Source: a virus
Lineage: Duplodnaviria > Heunggongvirae > Uroviricota > Caudoviricetes
IMG/VR virus record: IMGVR_UViG_3300009177_000029
Coordinates: 1-41,063 of that record
DNA length: 41,063 nucleotides
Reading direction: 5' to 3' (one strand)
The notes beneath the pieces are model-generated. The model was given only the letters and a program-made list of their open reading frames with translations, had not been told where the DNA came from and did not search any database. Both the position numbers and the translations under genes were made by a program. Positions 8,066 through 16,653 of this stretch are shown piece after piece. The first letter of the stretch is position 1; the number at the start of each line of letters is the position of its first letter.

Positions 8066-8881
8066 TCACTTCCCCTTGATGGACTTCAAGAAGTTGCTTG
8101 AATAGCCGTTCTTCTTGACGCCAAATACCCACTTCGAAGACCAAAAGCGGACTTCTTCGACACCGTACGAAACCGCTGTGTTGTAGGCAAGCTGCATAGC
8201 TTCCTGTGCCGTGTGTCCGGCGAACGTCTGGTCGTAGGCGGCCAAACCACAGCAAAGCTTGTGTGTACCCTTGACCTGCTTTGCCAAGTCAAGCGTATAC
8301 TTCTGCATGTTTCCTGGTGCCAACTTCGTGCCCCATAAAACCTCTGCGGTGTCAGTGCGGTTTGCTACTGAGTATGCCTGGGGTAGTAGGCGGTCAACAT
8401 GCGTTGCCAAGTCAGCGTGTGGTCCATTTTCTGTGTGTGCAGAGAACGTGGTCAGCTCAACACGGATGTTGTGCTTTACACGTAGACGCTGCATGATTGC
8501 TGCCAGGTAGTCTGACGCGAGGTGCAGTGTGGCAAATCCGGAGACCCTGCTTGGTAGCCAGTTGCCCTCGGTGTCAAACTCAAGCGCGGCACATCCCGAA
8601 GCTGTGATGTACGCGGAAATGTGAGCTTCCATGTCATCGAGATACTTCTTGCTGGGTTCGGGCCACAACGTGAGAGCCAGCTCAACATCACGTGAAAAGG
8701 CAAGACCGCGGATGGTCTGCAAGTCAGTCGTGGTGTACATGGGGTTGAACCCATTGCCGATAGACTCAAGCATGATACCGGCAGTTGTGAGCCCGTGCTC
8801 TGGGAAGTGGTCCCAATACTGCGCGGTTAGTACCATGGATGGCGGATCATCAATCCAGATTCCCTTACGTGTCATTTGCAA
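8066..8881 (-). CDS. Glycoside-hydrolase-like TIM barrel (GH18/GH25-like DxE motif)
   Basis: Alternating beta/alpha pattern; KGIWI first strand, ALEFDTEG, LLPQAY, terminal VRFWS. Confidence 0.5.
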   Translation of the reverse strand: MQMTRKGIWIDDPPSMVLTAQYWDHFPEHGLTTAGIMLESIGNGFNPMYTTTDLQTIRGLAFSRDVELALTLWPEPSKKYLDDMEAHISAYITASGCAALEFDTEGNWLPSRVSGFATLHLASDYLAAIMQRLRVKHNIRVELTTFSAHTENGPHADLATHVDRLLPQAYSVANRTDTAEVLWGTKLAPGNMQKYTLDLAKQVKGTHKLCCGLAAYDQTFAGHTAQEAMQLAYNTAVSYGVEEVRFWSSKWVFGVKKNGYSSNFLKSIKGK

Positions 8882-9836
8882 CCTCCGAGAGTAGAGATAC
8901 TATCATACTCTCTTTTCCTAGTATACCTACATGTGTGGGCAATGCCACAAGTTTCTTCGCCAAACCTTCCGCTACGGGATAGCTTGGCTTCTCGACCCAA
9001 CGCCTGTTGATGTCAGAGAGCATGTGTAGCGGATACACAGGCTTCATGACACTGATTTCGTGGCTGTGTAGGTGTGCCACTACACGGTCAGCATTGTCTA
9101 CACGGACAATGAAGTACGGCCATTCCGGACTGGAAATGAACGGAAGAGCGTAGTTCTCTTTGAGTAGTTCAATGTAGCGGTTGGCTACGATGGTCTGCTG
9201 GCCTCTACGAACACCCAATGAAGGATCTGTAGATAGGCGTTTCATAGCATACGCGGCGAGAGCATCATTCAAGTTGGCTGCCAAACCAAGTACGCCTGCT
9301 CTAACCATCTTGAGTTCTCGAACCTGCTGTGAAAACTTGTGAAACACAAGGGCACCTGTCCCTACCAGGGGTGCTAGGTCGAAAACGTTGAATGTGCAGC
9401 AAAGGTTTGACTCAATGTCTTCGTGCGGCGGAAGACGGCTGTCCAAGATGGTCGGCAGCTCTGTTGTCAACGCCAGTAGCTCCGGGTCCACGTCTTGGCC
9501 TCCCGGACGGCCTAGGATGACCACAGCGGCCTTCACCTCAGTCAAGACCTCACCCAGCACCACCGGGTCGATCTGTAGCGTCTGAGGGCGGATATCGAGC
9601 AGCAACGGGTCACCGCCACCTCGCAGCACAGCCGAGATAGTGTCTGGGGATGCAGTGATTGGGAGAATCACCGGAATCATGTGCGAACGTGAGCCTAGTA
9701 CCTCAAGGATGGCTGAAATGGCGTTTTGATAGCTGTTGAACGCCACAGCACTTGGTCCGAAGTGTTGCTCAAGCTTCGCTTGTTCTACAGTACCTGCGAA
9801 GTCGTTTCGACCGTCCCAGGTGTCAAATGGAATCAT
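8865..9836 (-). CDS. DegT/DnrJ/EryC1/StrS (ArnB-like) aminotransferase homologue, apparently lacking the PLP lysine
   Basis: AVAFNSYQNAI, VILP.TA...AVLRGGGDPLLLDI.PQTLQIDP, VYPLHM, YPVAE.LAKKLVALPTH. The expected SF...K segment reads FDLAPLVGTG. Confidence 0.75.
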   Translation of the reverse strand: MIPFDTWDGRNDFAGTVEQAKLEQHFGPSAVAFNSYQNAISAILEVLGSRSHMIPVILPITASPDTISAVLRGGGDPLLLDIRPQTLQIDPVVLGEVLTEVKAAVVILGRPGGQDVDPELLALTTELPTILDSRLPPHEDIESNLCCTFNVFDLAPLVGTGALVFHKFSQQVRELKMVRAGVLGLAANLNDALAAYAMKRLSTDPSLGVRRGQQTIVANRYIELLKENYALPFISSPEWPYFIVRVDNADRVVAHLHSHEISVMKPVYPLHMLSDINRRWVEKPSYPVAEGLAKKLVALPTHVGILGKESMIVSLLSEVANDT

Positions 9837-10051
9837 CGTACAACTACTCCGGTGAACCTGTGAACAAGTTCTACTTTACCAGTGAGCTTTCGTACGGTGT
9901 TCGCATACCTGGGATCATATGCGCCCTTGTCGTGATTGATCTCAATCACGTAGCCCTTCTCGGTGTCCGCTTCGATTGCCTTGATGATGCGAACACCGTC
10001 ACAATAGGCGTGATGAGCATCGCCTTCAACTGTACCTGCTATGATCTTCAT
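9833..10051 (-). CDS. Hypothetical phage protein
   Basis: ATGA overlap; IEADTEKGYV motif. Confidence 0.65.
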   Translation of the reverse strand: MKIIAGTVEGDAHHAYCDGVRIIKAIEADTEKGYVIEINHDKGAYDPRYANTVRKLTGKVELVHRFTGVVVR

Positions 10052-10054
10052 GGT

Positions 10055-10273
10055 TCACTCCGATGGGATCACTATACGACGACACTCAGGACACTTCCAG
10101 CCCTTTCGTGTGCTACGTAGCGGGCCGTCGTACCCGCATTCATCACACCCTTCTTCTTGCTCAAACAAGGACTGCGTAAAGCCTTCCTCGGATTCCGTAC
10201 TGCTAGGGGCGCGATTCCAAGAGTTCCCTGTTTGGAACCCTTCCGAATCAATCAGTGCTGCTTTTCTTGCCAT
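10055..10273 (-). CDS. Small zinc-ribbon protein
   Basis: CDECG...WKCPEC. Confidence 0.7.
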   Translation of the reverse strand: MARKAALIDSEGFQTGNSWNRAPSSTESEEGFTQSLFEQEEGCDECGYDGPLRSTRKGWKCPECRRIVIPSE

Positions 10274-10274
10274 G

Positions 10275-10466
10275 TTATATCCTTACCCAGAGGTCACGAA
10301 CCTCATCCATCTTCATGATATAGCCGTGTTTTGCCAAGTTAGCAAGCACTTTCTGTGCCGTGTGCTTATCCAGGCCGGTCAGCCTGCAAATATCGCAGTA
10401 CGCGAGTGGTAGCAAATCGTATACTCGTTGACCGTGCTTGATATCAGCCAGCGCCTTGGTCTTCAC
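10275..10466 (-). CDS. Small winged-HTH-like protein
   Basis: DICRLTGLDKHTAQKVLANLAKHGYI. Confidence 0.65.
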   Translation of the reverse strand: MKTKALADIKHGQRVYDLLPLAYCDICRLTGLDKHTAQKVLANLAKHGYIMKMDEVRDLWVRI

Positions 10467-11148
10467 TGTGAATCCTTTCGTAAGAACCTACTTCGTGTTC
10501 GATGGACTTGATCATGTCGATGTTGCGACGGTGATGAACAGAGGCACCGTGCTTCTTCAATGCGTCTGAGTGTGCCGGAGTTGGATAGCCTTTGTTGGTC
10601 TTCCAATCAAACTCCGGATAGTTCTTGTGTAGCTCACGCATATGTAGGTCACGAGTTACCTTCGCGACAACACTAGCAGCACCGACTGCACACACGAACT
10701 TGTCTGCCTTCGCAAAGCAGATCTGTGCGCCCTTGTATCCCTTGACTTGGTTCTTGCCGTCAATGACAAGAACAGACTTAGGATACAATGCCAATGCTTC
10801 GTTTGCAGCCGTGAGGAACAGGTTTTGGAGCACCGGACCTGGCCCATAGAGTTCCAAGTCGCTTGGTGTTGCAGCTACCACGTTCAGGTATTCGGCTGTC
10901 TCGTGAACGGTGACGTAAGCCTTTTGCCTGGACGCCTCAGTGTAAGACTTGCTGTCACGAATACCTCGGTTGGTGTAACCCACCTTGTATACTGCACAGC
11001 CGACCATCACAGGTCCGGCAATAGCACCCCAGCCAACTTCATCCAATCCGATGATGTATTCGGCCTTTGTAGTTGCTAGGATTTCACTCAGCATATTTCT
11101 GCGCTTCTTGAACTTGCCATGCGGGATCTTGAGTCGTCTCAAGCGCAT
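10444..11148 (-). CDS. rnhB: Ribonuclease HII (start 11148 or 11094)
   Basis: GLDEVGWGAIAGPV, IRDSK, VIDG, KAD...AASVVAKVTRD, NKGYPT..H. Confidence 0.92.
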   Translation of the reverse strand: MRLRRLKIPHGKFKKRRNMLSEILATTKAEYIIGLDEVGWGAIAGPVMVGCAVYKVGYTNRGIRDSKSYTEASRQKAYVTVHETAEYLNVVAATPSDLELYGPGPVLQNLFLTAANEALALYPKSVLVIDGKNQVKGYKGAQICFAKADKFVCAVGAASVVAKVTRDLHMRELHKNYPEFDWKTNKGYPTPAHSDALKKHGASVHHRRNIDMIKSIEHEVGSYERIHSEDQGAG

Positions 11149-11150
11149 CG

Positions 11151-11471
11151 TCAAGCCAAACCCCACCCGTTCTTGTGATCCGAGTTGTATTGTGCGAGGT
11201 CACCGCCAGTGACCTTTCTACCAGCAAGATAGATGCACACAACTCGAACCTTAGGTGTGATTGGAGGATCACCCTGACGGTCGCCTACGATGGTGCAAAG
11301 CTCCATCTGAATGGAACCCACCTTAGTTCGTGCAGCGTCTCTCGTCGCGGTCCTGCCCTTTGTTTCTGCTTCGTAGTAGGTGTACGGACCGTCCATCACA
11401 GAATCCTTGTCCACACGCAAGTAAAACTCACGTAGTGGTCCTGGCGTACTGTTGCTCGGACGGTCTGTCAT
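11151..11471 (-). CDS. Hypothetical protein
   Basis: Fills the gap in the operon. Confidence 0.65.
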   Translation of the reverse strand: MTDRPSNSTPGPLREFYLRVDKDSVMDGPYTYYEAETKGRTATRDAARTKVGSIQMELCTIVGDRQGDPPITPKVRVVCIYLAGRKVTGGDLAQYNSDHKNGWGLA

Positions 11472-11762
11472 TCATGCCTCTACAAGAACGCGGGTCACCT
11501 TGCGCTTCTCGACGTTCACTTCGGTCACACGAAACTTGCCGTTTTCAGCATACTCATTGCTGATTGCCGTGAGAGTCTGCTGCAACTCGCTCTGACGTAG
11601 CTGAGCCAACGTCTGTGCTGAGTTCACACGCTCCGAAGCCAACGAAAGAGCAAGCGCCGCGTTTTCAGCGAGGTCAACGGAGAACACGCCGTCACCCTTT
11701 GCCTTGTCACCAGGCTCTGAATACTTCTTTTCTAGATCCGTTTCCATCTTCTGCTTTGCCAT
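11472..11762 (-). CDS. Hypothetical coiled-coil protein
   Basis: GGAGG SD before ATG 11762; promoter upstream. Confidence 0.7.
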   Translation of the reverse strand: MAKQKMETDLEKKYSEPGDKAKGDGVFSVDLAENAALALSLASERVNSAQTLAQLRQSELQQTLTAISNEYAENGKFRVTEVNVEKRKVTRVLVEA

Positions 11763-11781
11763 TAGAAACCTCCGATGCTCG

Positions 11782-11809
11782 ACATTAGCATGCAGCAAAT
11801 CATTGTCAA
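11782..11809 (-). promoter_or_regulatory. sigma70-like promoter TTGACA-N16-TAATGT with extended -10 TG
   Basis: Minus strand ttgaca atgatttgctgcatgc taatgt in an intergenic gap. Confidence 0.7.
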
Positions 11810-11813
11810 ATGA

Positions 11814-14800
11814 TCACTGTGGAGCTTCGATCACTAGACGCATTAGGTCTGCACTTGCTGCCGAAGCTGTGGAGCCGTTATTGACCCAGCAGTGTGCGGC
11901 CAAGAAATCTGTCGTAGCTGGAAGATCGGTGTTGACAGTAAGCTGCTTCTTCGAACCACCAACAACGTCTACGACGTAGAACTGCACGTCGCCGCCGTTT
12001 GGTGCTGCGTAGATCCAAATGTCAAGCACAACAGTAGCCGAACGTGCCGAGATACCTGTGCTTGTCTTCGTTGCAGTACCCGAACCGTCATTCACCATGA
12101 TCTGGATGCTAGAATCCGCCGAGTCGTAACCTACGCCGATGATGGACGTCATCGAGCTTGGATCAGCGTTAGACAACGCAGAGCCGCTCTTTGCAAAACC
12201 AACAAATCCGCGCTGGTTTGCAGTAACTGTCACGTTAGGTGCCCAGCGTGCGTGGAACAAGAATCCACCAAGGCCAGCACCGCTACCGCGCCATGCAAGG
12301 GTTTGGTTACCCGAATAAACTTCGGCACTAGTACCTGCGGAAGCAGAGGTAGCCATGTTGATGCGGTTTGATGCCGTACGGAAGTTCGTCGTTGCTTGCG
12401 CAGGCGTCGTAATGGTGCCAGCGGTGCTCGTGAAGAAGCCCTGCTGGTCGGTGCCGCTCTTTCCCGGAACTACCCAAGCCTGGAAACGGTCATGCATTGC
12501 GCTTCCAAGCATGATGTTGCCAAACTCAGGCATGGACTTCTGCAAGAATGGAGGACGGCCATTGCTGGTGTCTACTCCAATCTTGTTGTGTCCAGAAGCT
12601 GGCGTAGACAAAGCCGAAGTTGAGATATCGACCTGAGGCACGAATGGAACGCCAGCAGAGTCGATGTATGACAGCTCGACGCTGTTGGACTGGAAGCTGA
12701 TGAACTTACCACCACCAGAACCGAACACAGGCGTACCCGCACCGGATGCACCAAACATGTTGAACTTCATGCTTACGAAGCTCGAAGAACCCGTCTGGTT
12801 GACATAGTGACCAACCTGCATACCCGTCTGAGCGATGCTTGCACCCGTGAAGGTGTTGTTGGCGAAGATGACGCCAGGAACGCCACCAACTGTGAATGCT
12901 GGAACACTTCCAGTTGCCTTCGCTCCGGTAACTGCCATGCTCTGAATGTAAGCGTAGCTGTAGCTCAAGCTGTCGAGACCAAGAGAAACAGTCAAATCCT
13001 GTCCAGGGTGCAACGCAGTGCTTGCCCCGTTTGCGCACACTACAGCCGTGCCACCAGAAATCAAGCTAGTTTCCGAGTCCGAGATACTTGTGAAGCCTAG
13101 ACCATCGCCAGGACTTCCCATGAACGCATATGCTGGGATGACACTAAGTGGGCCGAAACCACTACCTGTAGCCTGTACTTGACCATCTGAGTTTACCAAG
13201 TACACGGTGGTTGCGTTATTGATATACAGCGCAAACTTACCACCGTTAGATCCGAATACAGGCGCACCCGTGCCGCCAGCACCGTGGAGAACGATTTCCT
13301 CTGCGACGAATACAGAGCCACCCGTCTGGTTGACGTTGTACGCCATCTGCGTACCAACCTGTAGACCAGAAGAGGCTGTGAAGTTTGTTGCGTTTGAAAT
13401 GGCGATAGAAGGTCCCGCACCCGAAGAAACGTTTCCGTACACGTTCATGCCTGAGTTGGTTGCGGCCATGCCGATACCAATGCTTGGTTGAGTAAAGAAA
13501 ATACCCGAACCGTTCATAGCAAAGATGCTTCCACCAAACGAGAAGTCGATGCGCGACGCATTGTCAAAGAAGCCAATGTCGAGTGCTGGACGGAAGAAGA
13601 ATCCGTTCTCAGCCATCACAGAACCCGCAGTGTTCACAAAGAACTGCGACGTTCCGTTGGTCTGTGCATCGATGAACTTACCGCCACCAGAGCCGTAGGT
13701 TGGGGAGCCGGAGAACCCAGCGCCCTTAGCGTTGAGTTCCAACATCGTGTGGGCAGCCGTGCTCGTCTGTGCTACTGCGGCAACGATCTGCAACGCTCTC
13801 TGAGTTCCAGTAGACGCAGAGAAGTTGTTCGTGTTCGCGAATACGAATGGAGCATCTGTTCCGGTAGTTACCGAACCGCTCATTGCAATGTAGCCGTTAG
13901 TCACAGCCGACTTGAACTGCTGCGTGCTTACGAGACCAGAGATTGAAGAACTGATCTGCCAGTATTGTGTACCCAGACTCAACGTCGTGATCGTACCTGC
14001 ACCCGAACGGAATAGTCCGGTCGTAGGATCGCTTACAAAGCGGTAACCAAGGTCACCCGCCTGTACTGTGCCATCACTGACGAGCTTGAACACCGACGTT
14101 GCGTTAGACACTACGTCAAAGATCAAGCCACCACCAGAACCGTAGACAGGGGCACCAGAACCACCTGAGCCATGCAAGACAAACTGATAAGCTGTCCAAG
14201 ACGCAGAAGACGTCTGGGCAATGTTCATCTGTTGCTTGATGCCATACTGAGCTGTACCAGCACCGCCAGTGAAATCACCGTTGTTCAACAAAAACAACGC
14301 AGGATTTGTGCTGTTGGTACTACCAACCACAGCGCTGGTGAAAACTTGCGTCCAACGGTATGAACCCGTGCCTAGGCTAACGCTATCATCTACACCTGGA
14401 ATGAATCCGTTTTCGTTTGTCGAAGCTGCGGCGATTAGAGCACCGCCAGACCAAAACGAAAGATCCTCAGCATCAGACGGTGCACTACGGTCAATACCTG
14501 TGCCTGGATGCGAAATGAATGAGATACCCGGAACGCTGCTCGAACCCGCAGCAAAGCGCGCCTGGAAGTCACCAGTGCTGCCATCCAAGAACAACATTTC
14601 ACCACCGCTGCCACTGCTGACGAACGCCATTGACCCGGTGGTGTTGAGGTAGATGCCCGTTGCGGTGTCGAACTTGAACGAGTATGCAGGAACGCCAGCG
14701 TTGCCGTTCTGAGCCAAAACCTGTGAGTTGGCGAAACGAACTACGTCACCAGTAAGTGCAGTGATTTCTACACCACCAGAGGCGTAGAAGATACCTGTGG

Positions 14801-15308
14801 TACCGTCTGTCTGGAATGTGTAGGCTGGGCTTCCTGCTGAGCCATCCTCTGCGTAGTAGCGTTCACTGTAGACACCACCCCAACGGAAAGATGGACCACC
14901 AAGAGAGCGGCTGTTGTCAATGTCAGGTAGAATATCTCTACCAGCAGTGATCTGTACACCACCAACACTGAGGAAGTCGATACCACCACCGGCTACTACG
15001 ACTGCACCAGCATTGTAGTAGAGGCCAGTGTTTGCGTCACTAGCAAAGGACAGTGATGGAGTACCGACGCTGCCGTCTGGTAGAACCAACTTGACGTTTG
15101 TAGTCAAAGACGAACCAGTGAGGATTGCTAGGCTAGTCTTGATGAGCTTTCCACTTGTTCCATCGAATACAGCAATGGCGTTGTCTACACCGCTGCCTGG
15201 ACCTTGAACATAGCTGCTCAAATCCGGGGCTGGCGCACCGCCAATCAATACTGGAACTAGATTTCCAGTAGGTACGTCACGTACCGATGCGAACTGTGGA
15301 ATACTCAT
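11814..15308 (-). CDS. Tail fibre / receptor-binding protein (1164 aa, Gly/Ser/Thr-rich)
   Basis: Repeats PsxsFxxDxxTGiy, PxxDxsxSLGxxSxrw and GxxGxPxyGSgGGkF; beta-rich C-terminal domain. Confidence 0.8.
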   Translation of the reverse strand: MSIPQFASVRDVPTGNLVPVLIGGAPAPDLSSYVQGPGSGVDNAIAVFDGTSGKLIKTSLAILTGSSLTTNVKLVLPDGSVGTPSLSFASDANTGLYYNAGAVVVAGGGIDFLSVGGVQITAGRDILPDIDNSRSLGGPSFRWGGVYSERYYAEDGSAGSPAYTFQTDGTTGIFYASGGVEITALTGDVVRFANSQVLAQNGNAGVPAYSFKFDTATGIYLNTTGSMAFVSSGSGGEMLFLDGSTGDFQARFAAGSSSVPGISFISHPGTGIDRSAPSDAEDLSFWSGGALIAAASTNENGFIPGVDDSVSLGTGSYRWTQVFTSAVVGSTNSTNPALFLLNNGDFTGGAGTAQYGIKQQMNIAQTSSASWTAYQFVLHGSGGSGAPVYGSGGGLIFDVVSNATSVFKLVSDGTVQAGDLGYRFVSDPTTGLFRSGAGTITTLSLGTQYWQISSSISGLVSTQQFKSAVTNGYIAMSGSVTTGTDAPFVFANTNNFSASTGTQRALQIVAAVAQTSTAAHTMLELNAKGAGFSGSPTYGSGGGKFIDAQTNGTSQFFVNTAGSVMAENGFFFRPALDIGFFDNASRIDFSFGGSIFAMNGSGIFFTQPSIGIGMAATNSGMNVYGNVSSGAGPSIAISNATNFTASSGLQVGTQMAYNVNQTGGSVFVAEEIVLHGAGGTGAPVFGSNGGKFALYINNATTVYLVNSDGQVQATGSGFGPLSVIPAYAFMGSPGDGLGFTSISDSETSLISGGTAVVCANGASTALHPGQDLTVSLGLDSLSYSYAYIQSMAVTGAKATGSVPAFTVGGVPGVIFANNTFTGASIAQTGMQVGHYVNQTGSSSFVSMKFNMFGASGAGTPVFGSGGGKFISFQSNSVELSYIDSAGVPFVPQVDISTSALSTPASGHNKIGVDTSNGRPPFLQKSMPEFGNIMLGSAMHDRFQAWVVPGKSGTDQQGFFTSTAGTITTPAQATTNFRTASNRINMATSASAGTSAEVYSGNQTLAWRGSGAGLGGFLFHARWAPNVTVTANQRGFVGFAKSGSALSNADPSSMTSIIGVGYDSADSSIQIMVNDGSGTATKTSTGISARSATVVLDIWIYAAPNGGDVQFYVVDVVGGSKKQLTVNTDLPATTDFLAAHCWVNNGSTASAASADLMRLVIEAPQ
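12705..14175 (-). repeat. Four diverged protein-level repeats in the fibre gene (core GxxGxPx(Y/F)GSxGG(K)F)
   Basis: HGSGGSGAPVYGSGGGLIF, GAGFSGSPTYGSGGGKFI, HGAGGTGAPVFGSNGGKFA, FGASGAGTPVFGSGGGKFI, about 150-175 aa apart. Confidence 0.75.
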
Positions 15309-15733
15309 AGTGCGATTGGGATGAGAACGACGCTAAAACCCATGTCAGCAGGTGAACCTGCTGTGTTGTACGTCTTGACATTGATCTGCGACGTAGGTGG
15401 TGGGCCTGCGTAGTCAGTGGTCACGAATCCTGGGTCCTTGATGTTGGCTAGAGGAATCTTGATTGTGGAGAACGTGATGGGCGTAGCCAAAGTCACAGCG
15501 TACTCACCAGTTCCGGTGTGAACTACACCGGAGATTCCTGGTGATGCAATGTCAACAGTACCGTCAGACTCAACGATAGCACCGTCCGGGTTCTGGCCGA
15601 TCAATGCCGATTCTGCGCCAGTGTCAGTCTGTGCATAGACCTTCTTGTCAGTCTTTGCGTAAACACGTACGTGATTCGACGCTGGGATTGCTGGGGCTGT
15701 GCCCGTCTCTAGATCAATCACTGCTGCTGCCAT
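15305..15733 (-). CDS. Putative virion/tail-associated protein
   Basis: VYAKTD, HTGTGEYAVT and ADMGFSVV beta-sandwich pattern typical of tail proteins; ATGA overlap with the fibre gene. Confidence 0.6.
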   Translation of the reverse strand: MAAAVIDLETGTAPAIPASNHVRVYAKTDKKVYAQTDTGAESALIGQNPDGAIVESDGTVDIASPGISGVVHTGTGEYAVTLATPITFSTIKIPLANIKDPGFVTTDYAGPPPTSQINVKTYNTAGSPADMGFSVVLIPIAL

Positions 15734-15740
15734 GGTAACC

Positions 15741-16589
15741 TCAAATCACATGTAGTGAACCGCCCGCTGCGATGTTCAAGACACCGCCAGCGTCGATGTT
15801 GAGTACACCATCTACAGTGTACTGATAGTTTGCCGGGACTGATACTACCTCAGAAACGAGAATGTGGTCCTTGATCAACCCGTCGAAATCTGGTGCCCAA
15901 CTCGTTCCATTCCAACGCAAGAGCTGTGCCACTATTGGTGGTGTAGCAGAAACAGCACGTCCTTGCAACCCAACAACCGAAGGATTTGGATAGGTTCCGG
16001 ACAGATCGCCGCCTGCTGGACCACTTGGTGTGGACCCGGAAATGAGCGAAGGATTCACTCGACCAGTAGCTGGATCGGTCATGACGATGCGGCTAATGGC
16101 TCCTGCAAACGTCGTAATCGCGTTCTGTACAGCCCAAATGCCATCCTCAATCTCTTCGTAAATCAAGTCTTCATTTGTAGCCCAGCCACGCGGGTTGATG
16201 TTGCTTGGGAAGCCTAGTCCTGCGTACGTCTCGTTGTCTTCGGTTGTTTCACCCGCAGCCTGGTAGCGCCAGCCAAGTGTTCGCGTTGCGAACGTGCGAA
16301 TAGCGATATAGGATGAGGCGTTATCACTTGGGGAGCTGGACCCGTTGACCTGCAAGGACACAGTATACGTACCCTTTACATCCGGCGTGAATGTAAAGGA
16401 CGAACCTGCGCCAGTAGTACCACGAACTAGCGCCGAGCGAATAGGCACATCCACGAGAGTCCACAGGTATGTGGTCTCGGAAGTGTTGTTCGTACACGTC
16501 ACTAGTTGGGAGACAACACCGTCAGAACGAGCTTTTCCGGCTGTTCCTGCGGGACGGGTCGCCTGGTTGATCAGAATAGACGCAGGCAT
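15741..16589 (-). CDS. Putative virion protein with an Ig/PKD-like N-terminal domain
   Basis: YLWTL...FTFTPDVKGTYTVSLQVN; GPAGGDLSGTYPNPSV motif; AGGAG SD. Confidence 0.65.
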   Translation of the reverse strand: MPASILINQATRPAGTAGKARSDGVVSQLVTCTNNTSETTYLWTLVDVPIRSALVRGTTGAGSSFTFTPDVKGTYTVSLQVNGSSSPSDNASSYIAIRTFATRTLGWRYQAAGETTEDNETYAGLGFPSNINPRGWATNEDLIYEEIEDGIWAVQNAITTFAGAISRIVMTDPATGRVNPSLISGSTPSGPAGGDLSGTYPNPSVVGLQGRAVSATPPIVAQLLRWNGTSWAPDFDGLIKDHILVSEVVSVPANYQYTVDGVLNIDAGGVLNIAAGGSLHVI

Positions 16590-16598
16590 CAATACTCC

Positions 16599-16624
16599 TA
16601 GGGCTTGGAAGCTTCCAAGCCCTA
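16599..16624. repeat. Perfect 26-bp palindrome TAGGGCTTGGAAGCTTCCAAGCCCTA
   Basis: Identical to its own reverse complement; intergenic; abuts the SD of 15741..16589. Confidence 0.95.
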
Positions 16625-16653
16625 AGTGTACTAGATTCCGAGGTCTATGACAA
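16625..16653 (-). promoter_or_regulatory. sigma70-like promoter TTGTCA-N17-TACACT
   Basis: Minus strand ttgtca tagacctcggaatctag tacact directly before the palindrome. Confidence 0.55.

Noticed and set aside
7201-9836. DNA hypermodification cassette (ParB plus sugar enzymes)
   Set aside because: No glycosyltransferase, hydroxymethylase, Que/Dpd or PurZ genes are in the window, and ThyX plus dUTPase point to normal thymine DNA. It cannot be excluded for the rest of the genome.
11814-15308. Diversity-generating retroelement or invertible tail-fibre system
   Set aside because: There is no reverse transcriptase or invertase in the window, and the repeats are diverged at DNA level, not TR/VR-like.
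16599-16624. Palindrome as an intrinsic terminator
   Set aside because: There is no U-tract on either strand, and it abuts an SD.
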